Assembly: GCA_964016885.1 (NCBI GenBank)
Contig: OZ024743.1
Span: forward strand, 310,248,001-310,312,000
Origin: Eledone cirrhosa
Taxonomy: Eukaryota
DNA length: 64,000 nt
Reading direction: 5' to 3'
The translations under genes and the position numbers were made by a program. Below the pieces are notes generated by a model, which saw only the letters and a list, made by a program, of their open reading frames with translations, was not told the origin of the DNA and did no database searches. Positions 52,344-64,000 of this stretch are shown here, piece by piece; within the stretch, counting starts at the first letter, position 1; each line of letters starts with the position of its first letter.

Positions 52344-52930
52344 GGTGTTATGTGTGTGTGTGTGTGTGTGGGAGTATGTTAAGATGGAGAGAATATATAT
52401 ATTTTGTGTGTGTGTATATGTGTGTAGGAAATGGATTCTATTAGTAGAAATGGGGGAGGGAGTTGTGTGTGTGTGTGTGGGGGGGGTTATGTGTGTATGG
52501 GTGTTATGTGTGTGCGCGAGTATGGTTAGCATGTTAAGATGAAGAGAATATATATTGTGTGTGTGTGTATATGTGTGTAGGAAAGTGATTCTATTAGTAG
52601 AAATGGGGGAGGGAGTTGTGTGTGTGTGGGGGGGGGGTTATGTGTGTGTATGGGTGTTATGTGTGTGTGGGAGTATGGTTAGCATGTTAAGATGAAGAGA
52701 ATATATATATTGTGTGTGTGTGTGTAGGAAAATGATTCCGTTAGTAGGAATATTTTTGTATGAACATATTTTCCTTACTTATTCGTATTTGTTCTGTTGT
52801 ATTGTCAGTGCAAACGTATGTTAAGGTTTATTTAGTTCGGGTTTTTATTTTCTAAAGTAGAAGGTGTTATGTGTGTGTATCTGTCTGTTTGGATGGTTAG
52901 CATGTTATGCTGTGGACATAATGTATATTA
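52250..52930. repeat. Degenerate ~130-140-bp tandem repeats in the PLE 3' tail
   Basis: Recurring tggttagcatgttaagatgaagagaatatata...gattctattagtagaaatgggggagggagttg. 52755-52820 duplicates the ORF end at 52965-53015. Confidence 0.8.
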
Positions 52931-54979
52931 AACCATATTTAATGCTGGTCTATATTTTTGAATAAACATATTTTCCTTATTTATTCGTATTTGTTCTGTT
53001 GTATTGTCAGCGCAAAGGTAAAATGGGAAGACTTGGAATTTGGGTGTCTTATTACTTGCGCATATGTCTAGATATGCGCTTAGTGGTATCTGTCTCGTGG
53101 TTGGATCTCGTAATTGTTGGCGATGAATTGTCATTCTGTTTCTGAGTGTGAGTTTAGTTTGTCCTATATAATCTTCATTGCATCCTTTACATTTAATGGC
53201 ATAAAGTATATTTTTTGATGAGCAAGTGAAGTGATTTTTTACAGGAAAATGTTGTCCTGATTTAAATGTATACGTGTTGCCTTCAATGAGGTGAGTGCAA
53301 GTTCCACAACTAGAGCGACCACATTTTTTGACAATTGGTTGTGCGTTTGTGGTAGGTGAGTAATGTTTTCAGTGATTTCGGTTGTCTTTTGTTTTTGATT
53401 ATTTTGTGTGTTTCAAGGGCTTTTTTCATTCTTGGGTCTTGTTTCAGTAGTGGGATGTTCTTGTGAATAGTGTTGTAAGCTTCCGCATTTCTTGGGTTGT
53501 GTGTTAAGATATATGATAGAATATTGGACGTACCATGAATTTGTTTCTGTTTTCGTAATTCATCAATGTCTATTGCTTTAGCCCTTTCTATCCCATTATT
53601 TATTAGTAATGGTTGGTACTGTCTTTCGAGTAGAATTTCCTTTAATACTTGAAGTCTTTTACATCGCGTTTCATAATTGGAGACAATTGTGCAAATTCTT
53701 CTTGCTAGGTTAAAAGGAATGTTCGTCTTCGTGTGCTTTGGATGGTTGGAGGTGAATAGCAGATATTGTTTGGAATCTTTTGATTTGTAGTGTATGTCAG
53801 TTTCAATATTTGTGTCATTTTTAAAGATTAAGATGTCCAGAAATGGGAGTTGATCTTGGCTGTATTCCATTGTGAATTGGATGTGGTTATTCATGCCGTT
53901 TATTAAGTTTTTGAAATCATTCAGTTGGTCGAGTGTGTGGGACCAAAGAACGAGACAATCATCCAAGTAGCGTTGCCAATTCTCTGATAAATATTGGTAG
54001 AAGTTCAATCCGTATTTTGATTTGGACTGTTCATATATCTGGACTTCTAAGTATGCCATGACTAAGTCGGCATAAGTTGGAGCGGCTTTTGTACCCATCG
54101 CAGTCCCCGATATTTGCTTGTAAGTACTGCCATCGAAATCAAAAAAGTTGTTCTGTAAGATAAATTTTAATCCCTTGGTGATGAAGCTTTCTTTCTATTC
54201 TGCGAGGTATCTCAGTGGGATATTTCTCTAGCCAGAATCCTATTGCTTCTAGTCCGTATTGGTGTGGGATCGTTGTGTAGAGATTCACTACACCGAAAGA
54301 GACAATAATAGCGCCGTTGCTGACATGTTTGGGGAAGTGGTTTAAGAGGTCCAGATCGTCTCTTACAAGGCTTGGTATGTGTTTGAGAATTGGCTTTAGT
54401 AGTATGTCTATAAAGTGGCTCAGTCTGTGTGTTTCACATTGTGGGCCTGATACAATTGGTCTTAATTCAAGGTCTGTAGGGTATTGTGTGTTCACGCAAG
54501 CTGAGGTGGATTGTTTACAGGCATTGTTAATTATTTTACACTTGTGGATCTTCGGTAAAGGTTGCTGGTTTTGTATTCAGAATGTGTTAAATAATCGCGT
54601 TCCTTTTTAGTTCAGTCTTCCTGGTATCAAGAAATCAGTGTGTTTTATTCTGCTCATTATTTTTGATTGCTGGTATTTTTTTACTTTTTCATAGTAATTA
54701 GTATTTTGTAAGAGAGAGAACATAGATTTTTTATATTTTTCAGCATCCATAATGACAACAGTACTTCCCTTGTCCGCTTCCTTAATTATAATGTCCGTAT
54801 TGTTTTTTAGTTAATGGATAATATCCCATTCCCTTCGACTCGTGTTGGGTTTGGGTTTAGGTTGCGGTAGTTCATGGTATGGGAAAGTAGCTATGTGGTC
54901 ACAAAATTTGTCCAGAACTCTGTTTCTACCTTTTGTTGAGTTGTAGCTGCTTTTATTCCGTACAATTGATTGGTCGTTA

Positions 54980-55097
54980 TTCTGAGGTCAAATCCGGCCG
55001 AGGTTAACTTTGCCTTTCATCCTTACGGGGTCGATAAAATAAAGTACCAATAATGTACTGGGTAAATGCTGGCCTTGTGCCGAAAGTAGAAACAGTT
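54980..55097 (+). mobile_element. 5'-truncated SINE inside the PLE
   Basis: SINE body flanked by the direct repeat gttattct. Confidence 0.85.
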
Positions 55098-55377
55098 ATT
55101 CTCCTTGTCAAATAATTCTTCTGTGAGACGTAATTTTCTACAGAAGTGTGAGATATCGTCATTTATCTCATTGAGGTTAGAGTATTGTGGTGTTGGTGTG
55201 AATTTCAGTCCTTTGGAGAGAATTTCTACTTGTTGGGCTGAGAGGTTTGTATTTGAAAGGTTGATTGTTTACGGTTTTTTAAACTCGGTTTGTGCCACCG
55301 GGTGTCGTGGGTCCTGTAGCCTTGGTCTAAAAAATGATTTTTCTGGAATGTTTTTTCAATGGTATTATTATATCTAA

Positions 55378-55570
55378 TGGCGGTGGATTGGCAGTATCGG
55401 TAGAGGGTCGGACGCCATGCTTTGACGCATAGAGTTACGGCCCTTGCCATTCTGAGTTCAAATCCCGCCGAGGTTAACTTTGCCTTTCATCCTTACGGGG
55501 TCGATAAAATAAAGTACCAGTAATGTACTGGGTAATTTCTGGCCTTGTGCCAATAGTAGAAACAATTATT
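55378..55570 (+). mobile_element. Full-length young SINE with target-site duplication
   Basis: A-box tggcagtatcgg and B-box gagttcaaatcc. Flanked by attattatatctaatggc (55364-55381 / 55565-55582). Confidence 0.92.
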
Positions 55571-56160
55571 ATATCTAATGGCATTTCCCCTGTTGTTGTG
55601 TGGTCTTGTATAGAAGTTTCGGACGTATTGAGGTTCGGTTTGTTGATAGTCCGGGTTGTAGATTTTGTTCCTTTGTGTGGGTTGGTATCTACGATTTTGG
55701 AACAGGCTCTGTGTGGGCAGGGGTCTACGGTTTGGAATAGGTTTTGTGCGGGTTGTGATCTGCGGAGCGGGTCCTGTCTAAGTGTTGGGAGATCTTCGGT
55801 TTTTGTTAGTATGGTTATAGTTGTGTCTATGGGTTCTGGGATTATCGTTATAGTTTTGCTGGGGGTATGTTGGACGTTTTGTTACTTTTTTTGTTATTTG
55901 TTGTGCATGTTTTGTTACTTTTTTTGTTATTTGTTGTGCATGTGATGTGTGAGTTTTAGTTTGTTTTAAAAATGTGTTACCTGTATGTCGTTCATTTTTG
56001 AAATCCATTTCGTATTTGTTGAACCAGGTGGCATTTTTTTCCCATCGCTGGAGGGATGTTAGTTCTTCATCCTCACAGTTTTCTTTCCAAATTTTTAAGG
56101 TTTTTCCATAGAGTAGGCCTTCAGAGTGCCTTGATATTTATGTGTCCATCTGTTGGTCTT

Positions 56161-56265
<105 letters not shown>

Positions 56266-56274
56266 ATATTTATA

Positions 56275-56323
<49 letters not shown>

Positions 56324-57267
56324 GTCTATAATGGAAAATATTACAAAATTTGCAAGTAAAACAAGAATTGAAAACGATTATATTTGATTTTTTCCAATTT
56401 TTCGAGAGTCCACTTAATTATGATAATACATAGTATAAATTTCCGATAGTGTTTTGTAGTGACGTTCTACACCAACTATTTTGCAAATACTTCAAATCAA
56501 GAATAGTTCAGAAAAAAAATGAAGTATTTTATGAATGCTAAGAATACATTTGATACACAAATAATACGTTTCTGAAAGCTTTGTTTAAATACTTACCAAG
56601 CTGAATGGTTTTGAATTCTAAAAACAAATACTGCATGTTAATAAAATATAAAATAATTTTCTACTATATTTTCCTCTTCAAATATGACATTCTTTTATTA
56701 ACATGATTATTATTTTGCTTTGGAATTTTATTATCTTATAAGAATTACTATTTTATATAAATCATATTTAAGTCGTGGAGAAATCTCATTATTTAATAGT
56801 TGGTGTCTTGGGCATAAGAACTTTAGGTTTCGTGTTTGATTCACATATTCTAGTCTACTCAACAGGAAAAAAAATGATTAATGACACTAGTGCCAAATTG
56901 TATTATCTTTTAACTTTCTCTTGGGTGACATCATTGGTATGCAGTAGAGTGATTTACTTGCATGGAGGACTGCTTGTCTTCCACAAACCACCTTACCTAG
57001 GTATGTGCCTTGGAAAAGTACTTGCCAGATGTAGATACATGAGGTACATAAGCTTAGATCTATAACTCGTTAAACCAATGGATAGAATGCCTCGTATCAC
57101 GTTTGGCTCTGCACACCCTGAGTTTCCAGGAATTATCTTCATATATTATACTTTTTACCGATATGTATGTATGCATGTATGTATGTTTATCCCGGGTTCA
57201 ATCGGGGATAACCACAGTAAGTATGGTGCTCAATACATAGCAGTGTATAAATATTTAATATAGAAAT

Positions 57268-57318
57268 GGCTTCTACAGGATAAGAACTGTTTCATTCGGA
57301 AGAAGTCATCAGGAAGCC
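57268..57318 (-). ncRNA. Type I hammerhead ribozyme (family D), intact core
   Basis: Minus strand: ggcttc-CTGATGA-cttc ttcc gaat-GAAA-cag ttcttatc ctg-TA-gaagcc. Confidence 0.75.
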
Positions 57319-57330
57319 CTCCCCCTCCCC

Positions 57331-57378
<48 letters not shown>

Positions 57379-57794
57379 GCTTTCTTTATTAACCACAAGG
57401 GTCTACATAAAGTAGACATTAAGGACAGTACAGGACAATACAGGGCGGTACAAATGGGCATTTCTGCGTGTAAAAAACAAGAAACAGAGGATGTAATAAT
57501 AGAACAATGAAAAAATTCCCCAATAGGGGGGAGACTTCGGAGGGACATTCGTGGAGAAAGCCCAACACAAAGAAAGAAACACAACAGGAGATTAACTTAC
57601 AGAACAACATAGTACCTGTAAACCCTAGTAGCAATAGTAATAATGGTAATAGCACTAATGAAATCAATAACAATAGGAACGACAACCATCATTACCCTAA
57701 TGCTATCCATAGCAACCAGACTTCTACACAACATAGTAACCGGCAAGCTAACATCCAGAATAAATGTAACTGTAGATCAGTAATAATTGCTTAA

Positions 57795-59240
57795 TCAAAG
57801 ACATCATTTACTCTTGCACGGTTAACACAAACAACTCTTCTAAAACTTATATTGGCTCTACTTCGAACTGCTACAAGACGAGATACAACTCGCACCTCCA
57901 CTCTTTCCAAAATCACAATCTAGCCAACTCTACTTCATTATCTGGTGGATTGGCAGTATCGGTAGAGGGTCGGACGCCATGCTTTGACGCACAAAGTTAT
58001 GGCCCTCCCATTCTGATTTCAAATCCCGCCAAGGTTAACTTTGCCTTTCATCCTTACGGGGTCGATAAAATAAAGTACCAGTAATACACTGGATAATTGC
58101 TGGCCTTGTGCCAAAAGTAGAAACAATTATCTAGCTACAAACACTCTCTGAAAACTAGGAATAGACCATACACACTTCACTGGGAAGTAGTAGGTAGGGC
58201 CACATCGTATAAACCACTGAATAAATTATGTAACCTCTGTGTTCTAGAGACCCGTACTATAATCATTTCGAAACTAGATCTCCTAAATAAAAAAATCAGA
58301 GGTGTTTTCCTCATGCCAGCACCACTACCGATACTCATTCCATAACTTTAAACCTAGCCGCTAGTATATAACAATGTCAGATTTGAATTCCTCAGCACCA
58401 TTAACACTTCACCTCTAGGAATTTTCTTCCCCAACAACATCACACTCTTTGATATGCTCTTTCCTCTACACAACTCGTATTTATCTCAATAACTCTACAA
58501 TAACTATTAGAAATAAATACTCTACAATAACTATTAGAAATAAACATATAGTCACCACCTTTTAATATAACTACTTTAGATTACTTATAATATATACAGT
58601 AATAGATATATAATATGTAGAGACATTAAATGTAATATGTGATAATGAATTATACATACATTTATAATTAAATATATAAATTAATAGCATTGTATATAAA
58701 GGATTAAATTATTAACATAAGTGATTTAACTAATTGGACATGTAAACAGCTATACATTGTTCGATAACTTATATCTTGTCTATATATATAGAGAGAGAGA
58801 GAGCGAGGGGTATAAAGAGAGAGTAAGTAAAATCGATGTTTGTGTTGCGGCATATATATCAACTTTATTGACTTATTGCAATTCTATTTATATGGATCAG
58901 CTCAAGGTACACTCAAAATGACGGGACCCGGCTCTTTTTATCTATTGCAGATATGCGAGTTTGTTTGTACCAATAAAGTTTGTATATGTGTTGCAGCACT
59001 GACCTCGATTCTCCTCACTCTATTTACATTCTGCAAACTACAGCCACTCGATATGCAAATTAGGCTGCTCAGCCGTTAATATGCAGAAGGAAAGTATATA
59101 CTTTCAGACGCTCAATCATCTGGCAGAAAGGTATTCGTTGCTGACGATAGCTAATAAGCTTGAAACTAGTACAGCGTTTCTTTGTCAGTGTTGAACAAAT
59201 GAGCAACGATGGTTGCTAGACACCACGGCTTAATTCGGGT
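57795..59240 (+). mobile_element. PLE GIY-YIG remnant and 3' tail, with a SINE at 57943-58130
   Basis: KDIIYSCTV...KTYIGSTSNCYKTRY and KLCNLCVLE. The tail ends in a hammerhead. Confidence 0.72.
59136..59177 (+). ncRNA. Minimal type I hammerhead (family G), dimer-type palindromic stem III
   Basis: cgttg-CTGACGA-t agct aata agct t-GAAA-ctag-TA-cagcg. Confidence 0.78.
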
Positions 59241-59412
59241 TGTTTGTTTACAAACACACCGATCATTATAATAAATGTTCGCTGAATCCATACGTACATA
59301 TATATATATGTGTGTGCATGCATGTATATATATATACATACTGCTGTGCGTCTGTATACATATATGTATGTACGTATACATACTTATATATATATATATA
59401 TATACATATATA

Positions 59413-59472
<60 letters not shown>

Positions 59473-59813
59473 TGTGAGTGTGTCCGTCCGGGGTCAATCG
59501 GTAAGTTATGTACTCATTCCATTCTATAGTAAACATCATGTTTACTATAGAAATAGCTTCTAAATGACAAGAACTGTTTTATTCAGAGGGAAAATGACAT
59601 TTCCTGGTGATTGCTGTAGAATGAAGCAGTTCAAATCCTGTGGAAGCCATTTCTATATTTCACATTAAGTTCTTTCTAGATTATACGGCCGTATCTGGTT
59701 CTACCCTTAGCGGGCTCATCAATTTCAGATGCTTTATGGGTTTATATATACGTATATATAGACAAGCCTTATCGGGTCCTACCTAGATTTTGGTATTATT
59801 TCTACTTCTACTA

Positions 59814-59891
<78 letters not shown>

Positions 59892-59948
59892 ATAATAATA
59901 AAATTGAAGATTAAAATCCAAAGAGGGCTCGATAAGGAAAATATATAT

Positions 59949-59987
<39 letters not shown>

Positions 59988-60110
59988 CAAAGGAATTGTG
60001 GTAAGGAACCAGATGGACCATAACGCACCAGAGTACTCAATACTTATGGTAGTAGAGTGGGAAATAGGAATAAGTATGACCCCGACAGCAGAGCTCTGCC
60101 TATACTTTTT

Positions 60111-60197
<87 letters not shown>

Positions 60198-60288
60198 TAA
60201 AATAACAGATTAAAGTTTAAGCAAATAATTGGTGCTTTCACCCTTAACGGGATCTTTGGATTTTAGTCTTCAAATGTATTATTATTAC

Positions 60289-60320
<32 letters not shown>

Positions 60321-60323
60321 TAA

Positions 60324-60382
<59 letters not shown>

Positions 60383-60424
60383 ATAAGGAAAAGCGAAGTA
60401 GTTTCAGATGTTCAAGTCCTTTAA

Positions 60425-60538
60425 TAATAATTGTTTCTACTTTAGGCACAAGGCCAGCAAATTCACCAGTGCATTACTGGTACTTATTTTATCGACCCCG
60501 TAAGGATGAAAGGCAAAGTTAACCTCGGCGGGATTTGA
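60425..60538 (-). mobile_element. 5'-truncated SINE joined to (GAAT)n
   Basis: ttgtttctac...tttatcgaccccgtaaggatgaaaggcaaagttaacctcggcgggatttgaa, then gaatgaat... Confidence 0.85.
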
Positions 60539-60856
60539 ATGAATGAGTGAATGAGTGAATGAATGAATGAATGAATGCAAAAACACAGATTACATATATG
60601 CAAAAGTATCCATATTATTGTAAATTTGTCCATGTATAGGTTGAATTGAGGGGGCTTCTGTTCAAATGCGATTTGGTGCAGAAAAATAGGGGTTTATCTT
60701 TGTTTCCGCGTATCTATCCTGCCGAAAGTTATTATTATGTCCGTCCAGTGTCCGGGGTTTCCATCCCATGGTAGAGAGAATTTCCAGGGGTTGGTTCCTC
60801 TCTTCTCCACCATATCGGTTACATCATAGAGCCCTGAACTAATTGGAGATAAATTA

Positions 60857-61290
60857 TTAGGGTAAACATTGATGCAATTCAATTCAAGCACTCAACGTAC
60901 TTATTCCACATAGGAGTGACGGAGTAAATATTGAATAAGGAAACGCGAAGTAGTTTCAGATGTTCATGTCCTTTAATAATAATGCTGTGATATATATTTC
61001 AATGGCGAAAGTGGCCACCTTTAATAATAATGCGTTCCCATGTCGATTCAATTTGGATTGCCTCGGAAACATAACCTTATTATGTAATAAGCTGTCTTAC
61101 GATGTCGCGAAACTGGCGCACAGAACAGTGTGGCCACTTTCGCCATTGAAATATATATCACAGCATTATTATTAAAGGACATGAACATCTGAAACTACTT
61201 CGCTTTTCCTTATTCGATATTTACTCCGTCACACCTATGTGGAATAAGTACGTTGAGTGCTTGATTTGAATTGCATCAATATTTACCCTA
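60857..61290. repeat. Fold-back (60857-61018 / 61129-61290) overlapping a degenerate hammerhead at 61091-61164 (+)
   Basis: Near-perfect 160-bp arms. Motif gctgt-CTTACGA-tg..gcgaaa...tttcgc ca..-GAAA-tatata-TC-acagc. Confidence 0.85.
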
Positions 61291-61291
61291 A

Positions 61292-61354
<63 letters not shown>

Positions 61355-61398
61355 TATATATATAAAATTTTATATATATAAAATTTTAAATTGGGGTA

Positions 61399-61525
61399 CC
61401 CACTGATGAATTATAGGAGCCCACTTGAATATATATCTATTGATGGTATACAAGCTCCTACATAAACTGGTATAATTTCACCCAAATTGTAGGAGTCCTA
61501 TAATGAAACGAGACGTCCGTCTGGG
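61399..61525 (+). ncRNA. Type I hammerhead (family H) with large branched stem II, intact core
   Basis: ccca-CTGATGA(61403-61409)-attatagga...[ctcctaca...tgtaggag]tcctataat-GAAA-cg agacgtc cg-TC-tggg. Confidence 0.78.
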
Positions 61526-62089
61526 AAGAGATATATTAGATATGTCTCATTTGAAATAATACAGCCAATTTTCCACGCAATACTTTTAGTTAGCACCCCG
61601 AACACATAATTGGGAATATAATCACTTATTTCCTAATGTTTGTTTAGTGAGTTGGAATTTGGCCGGAGTATCGCTAAAAAGCTTTCTCCGATATTGTATT
61701 TATTTACTTAGTCTTGGCGCAGCAGATTTGAAAAAATTCCCGGTATAAGGTCAGCATTTCTTTGTTTATTTTTTATATATGAATATTGATTGTTCCTTAT
61801 ATCTCATTCTGTTATTTTATCCGAGAAAATATCTGTGTGTGTCATCAAATGTTGTACACACATAGATATTTTTTCAATTTCCAATTGAGTTCTTAGCACG
61901 TGGCCTGAGTTCATTGTCACGCGCATGTATTGTTTTTTGGCGGTAATTCACTTCTCATTTTTTGAATCAGTTCGAGCACTTCTTTCAGAACTGCTGGACT
62001 GGCAACCTGACAGATACTTCAGGCACAGAAAGTGATTATCGCTAAATGCTGATGTTGGTTAGATTATCAATACTAGTGTTATTGGGGCA

Positions 62090-62216
62090 CCCACTGATGA
62101 ATTATAGGAGCCCACTTGAATATATATCTATTGATGGTATACAAGCTCCTACATAAACTGGTATAATTTCACCCAAATTGTAGGAGTCCTATAATGAAAC
62201 GAGACGTCCGTCTGGG
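62090..62216 (+). ncRNA. Second copy of the family H hammerhead
   Basis: Same sequence: CTGATGA at 62094-62100 and cleavage C at 62212. Confidence 0.78.
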
Positions 62217-62369
62217 AAGAGATATAGTAGATATGTCTCATTTAAAATAATACAGCCAATTTTCCACGCAATACTTTTAGTTAGCACCCCGAACACATAA
62301 TTGGGAATATAATCACTTATTTCCTAATGTTTGTTGAGTGAGTTGGAATTTGGCCGGAGTATCGCTAAA

Positions 62370-64000
62370 AAGGAATTTCAAAGAAAACATTCGGTCATAT
62401 AATTCATCACGATCATTCGCTTCGATTGGTGCTCATGTGCAGAATCCACCAGCAAAAAGGCCCATATTGTTTCCACGTGCATGGACAAATTTACCACAGA
62501 ACTTCACATATTCATCTAAATGAAGGTAAAAAAAGAGAATATACTCAGTTTTATGTTGTAGACAGCGCCCAAGAAACAGAAATAAGAGTTCAGACTCACA
62601 CCATTTCAGGCTGTCCCCAACAAGTGCTCGAACATTTGGATAATATTATTCGTGGATGCTCAGTCTTTTCAAACACTTCGTGAAATTGAAGTTCAAAAAC
62701 AATGTGCTCAAGAAGAAAACATTGATATGCCAAGTTTCAACATAGTATTTAACAGAAATCGCAATTTGCCAACAGTCAATGAAATTGCTATTGTATTCAG
62801 AAACGAAGGCGAACCACGTAGAGATTTTAAAGTATATCCAAGGAACTTTGAGGCTCCTACTGTAAATCTCAACATCTTGAGCCCAAGTATTGATCCAATG
62901 ACCTACGTATTGTTTTTCCCACACAGTGAACCAGGATGGCCAACAAATATGACTGGAAATAGTGATAACCAGCAACGATAAAACATTTCAATGCTTCAAC
63001 ATAAAATATCTTTAACTGCTGTAAGGGATAATGAATTCAATCCCCTTTTGCACGGAGGAAAACCTTTTCAACAGCGGGTTGTAAATTCCCACTTACAAGT
63101 TTAAGCTATGAATATAAATTACATACGAGCACAACAAAACAATTTGAAAGCGGAATAATATCAAGGGCCTACTGACCATGTAGCCAATGCAGCAAATACT
63201 GAAGATGCTAGAATCGGATGGGCAGTGATTTTTCCATCATCATTTCAAGGATCAGCAAGAAATATGAGAGAGCGATACCAAGATGCATTAGCCATTGTGA
63301 GAAAGATTTGTCTAGCTGATACATTTTTTACAATGATATGCAACCCTAATTGGCCCGAGATACAAAACAACCTTTGCCTTGGTCAAACAGCCTCCAGTAT
63401 ACCAGATTTAGTGATTCCGGTGTTCAATATTAAGTTGAAGGAACTAATAATTGATGTAACAAAAAGACATGGGATTGGCTGAGTTGTCGAACATTGTTAC
63501 ACTATAGAATTTCAGAAGAGAGGACTGCCGCATGCTCATTTATTATTAATATTTCATCCAGAAGATAAACCAAAATCAATTGAAAGTATTGACAAAATTA
63601 TGTGTGCTGAAATTCCTGACGCAGGCACAGAACAAGTACTCAATGAAATTGCTAAGAAATTTATTATTCACGGTCCTTGTAGTGAATAAAACCCCCAATG
63701 TGCCATGCATAGAAGATAACAACTGCTCAAAAGGATTTCCCAAACAGTTTCATCAGGAAACCTTTAAAAACCGAGATAGTAATCCATCCTACTGAAGACG
63801 TCTGGGTTCAACATTCAACGTTGGTCAGAAAGTAGTGGACAACCGATATGCTGTACCTTATAACAAATATCTACGCCACAAATACAACTGCCACGTCAAT
63901 GTAGAAATTTGCGCCTTCATCGGATCCGTAAAGTATGTGTATAAATACATATACAAAGGCTATGCTTCCATAACCTTAGGCATCAGCGAAGCAACTGACA
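62370..64000 (+). pseudogene. Helitron RepHel remnant (Helitron-like N region and HUH Rep domain), runs off the window
   Basis: FKENIRSYNS..FASIGA, GPYCFHVHGQIYH, DPMTYVLFFP..EPGW, PSSFQGSARNM...YQDALAIVRK, TMICNPNWPEI, IEFQKRGLPHAHLL and VPYN.YL..KYNCHVNVE....SVKYVYKYIYKG. Many stops and frameshifts. Confidence 0.93.

Larger units (their letters stand above)
51650..56150 (-). mobile_element. Penelope-like element (Neptune-type), near full length but degraded, interrupted by two SINEs
   Basis: L.KGLKFTPTP, IKEADKGSTVVIMD, LRPIVS, GTAMGTKAAPTYADL, RYLDD, LPFLD, Cys linker C..CGRSSCGTC, and LYAIKCKGCNEDYIGQT. Confidence 0.92.
61391..62372 (+). repeat. ~290-bp direct repeats (61391-61681 / 62082-62372), period 691 bp, each with a hammerhead
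   Basis: The two copies differ at only a few positions. Confidence 0.95.

Noticed and set aside
55875-55942. Duplicated HAQQITKKVTK peptide
   Set aside because: A simple local tandem duplication within the degraded PLE N-terminus.
57507-57794. Asn-rich ORF
   Set aside because: Low-complexity sequence next to (TAA)n and a PLE remnant, with no domain signal.

Overview
Eukaryotic, very AT-rich, repeat-saturated DNA with no recognisable host gene. The SINE families and the (TA)n/(CA)n load suggest an octopus or other coleoid cephalopod (inference). Contents: at least 6 Penelope-like retroelement (PLE) remnants (RT and/or GIY-YIG), a nearly intact RTE LINE (APE + RT, two frameshifts), a second RTE-type LINE with a PHD finger next to its RT, CR1-type LINE fragments, a complete pogo/Tigger transposon with TIRs and TA TSD, Helitron Rep remnants and termini, and ~18 tRNA-derived SINE copies. 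The main hidden signal is in RNA structure. Reading both strands by eye gave about 20 type I hammerhead ribozyme motifs from 8 or more unrelated families, about half with intact cores. Most lie in PLE-type terminal repeats shortly before a (TA)n junction and often within fold-back inverted repeats. Two highlights: a 691-nt retrozyme-like unit with two intact hammerheads carrying a large branched stem II, fused to a Helitron Rep; and a fold-back whose turn is a 16-nt stutter starting at the predicted ribozyme cleavage site. All ribozyme calls are manual folds and have not been tested.
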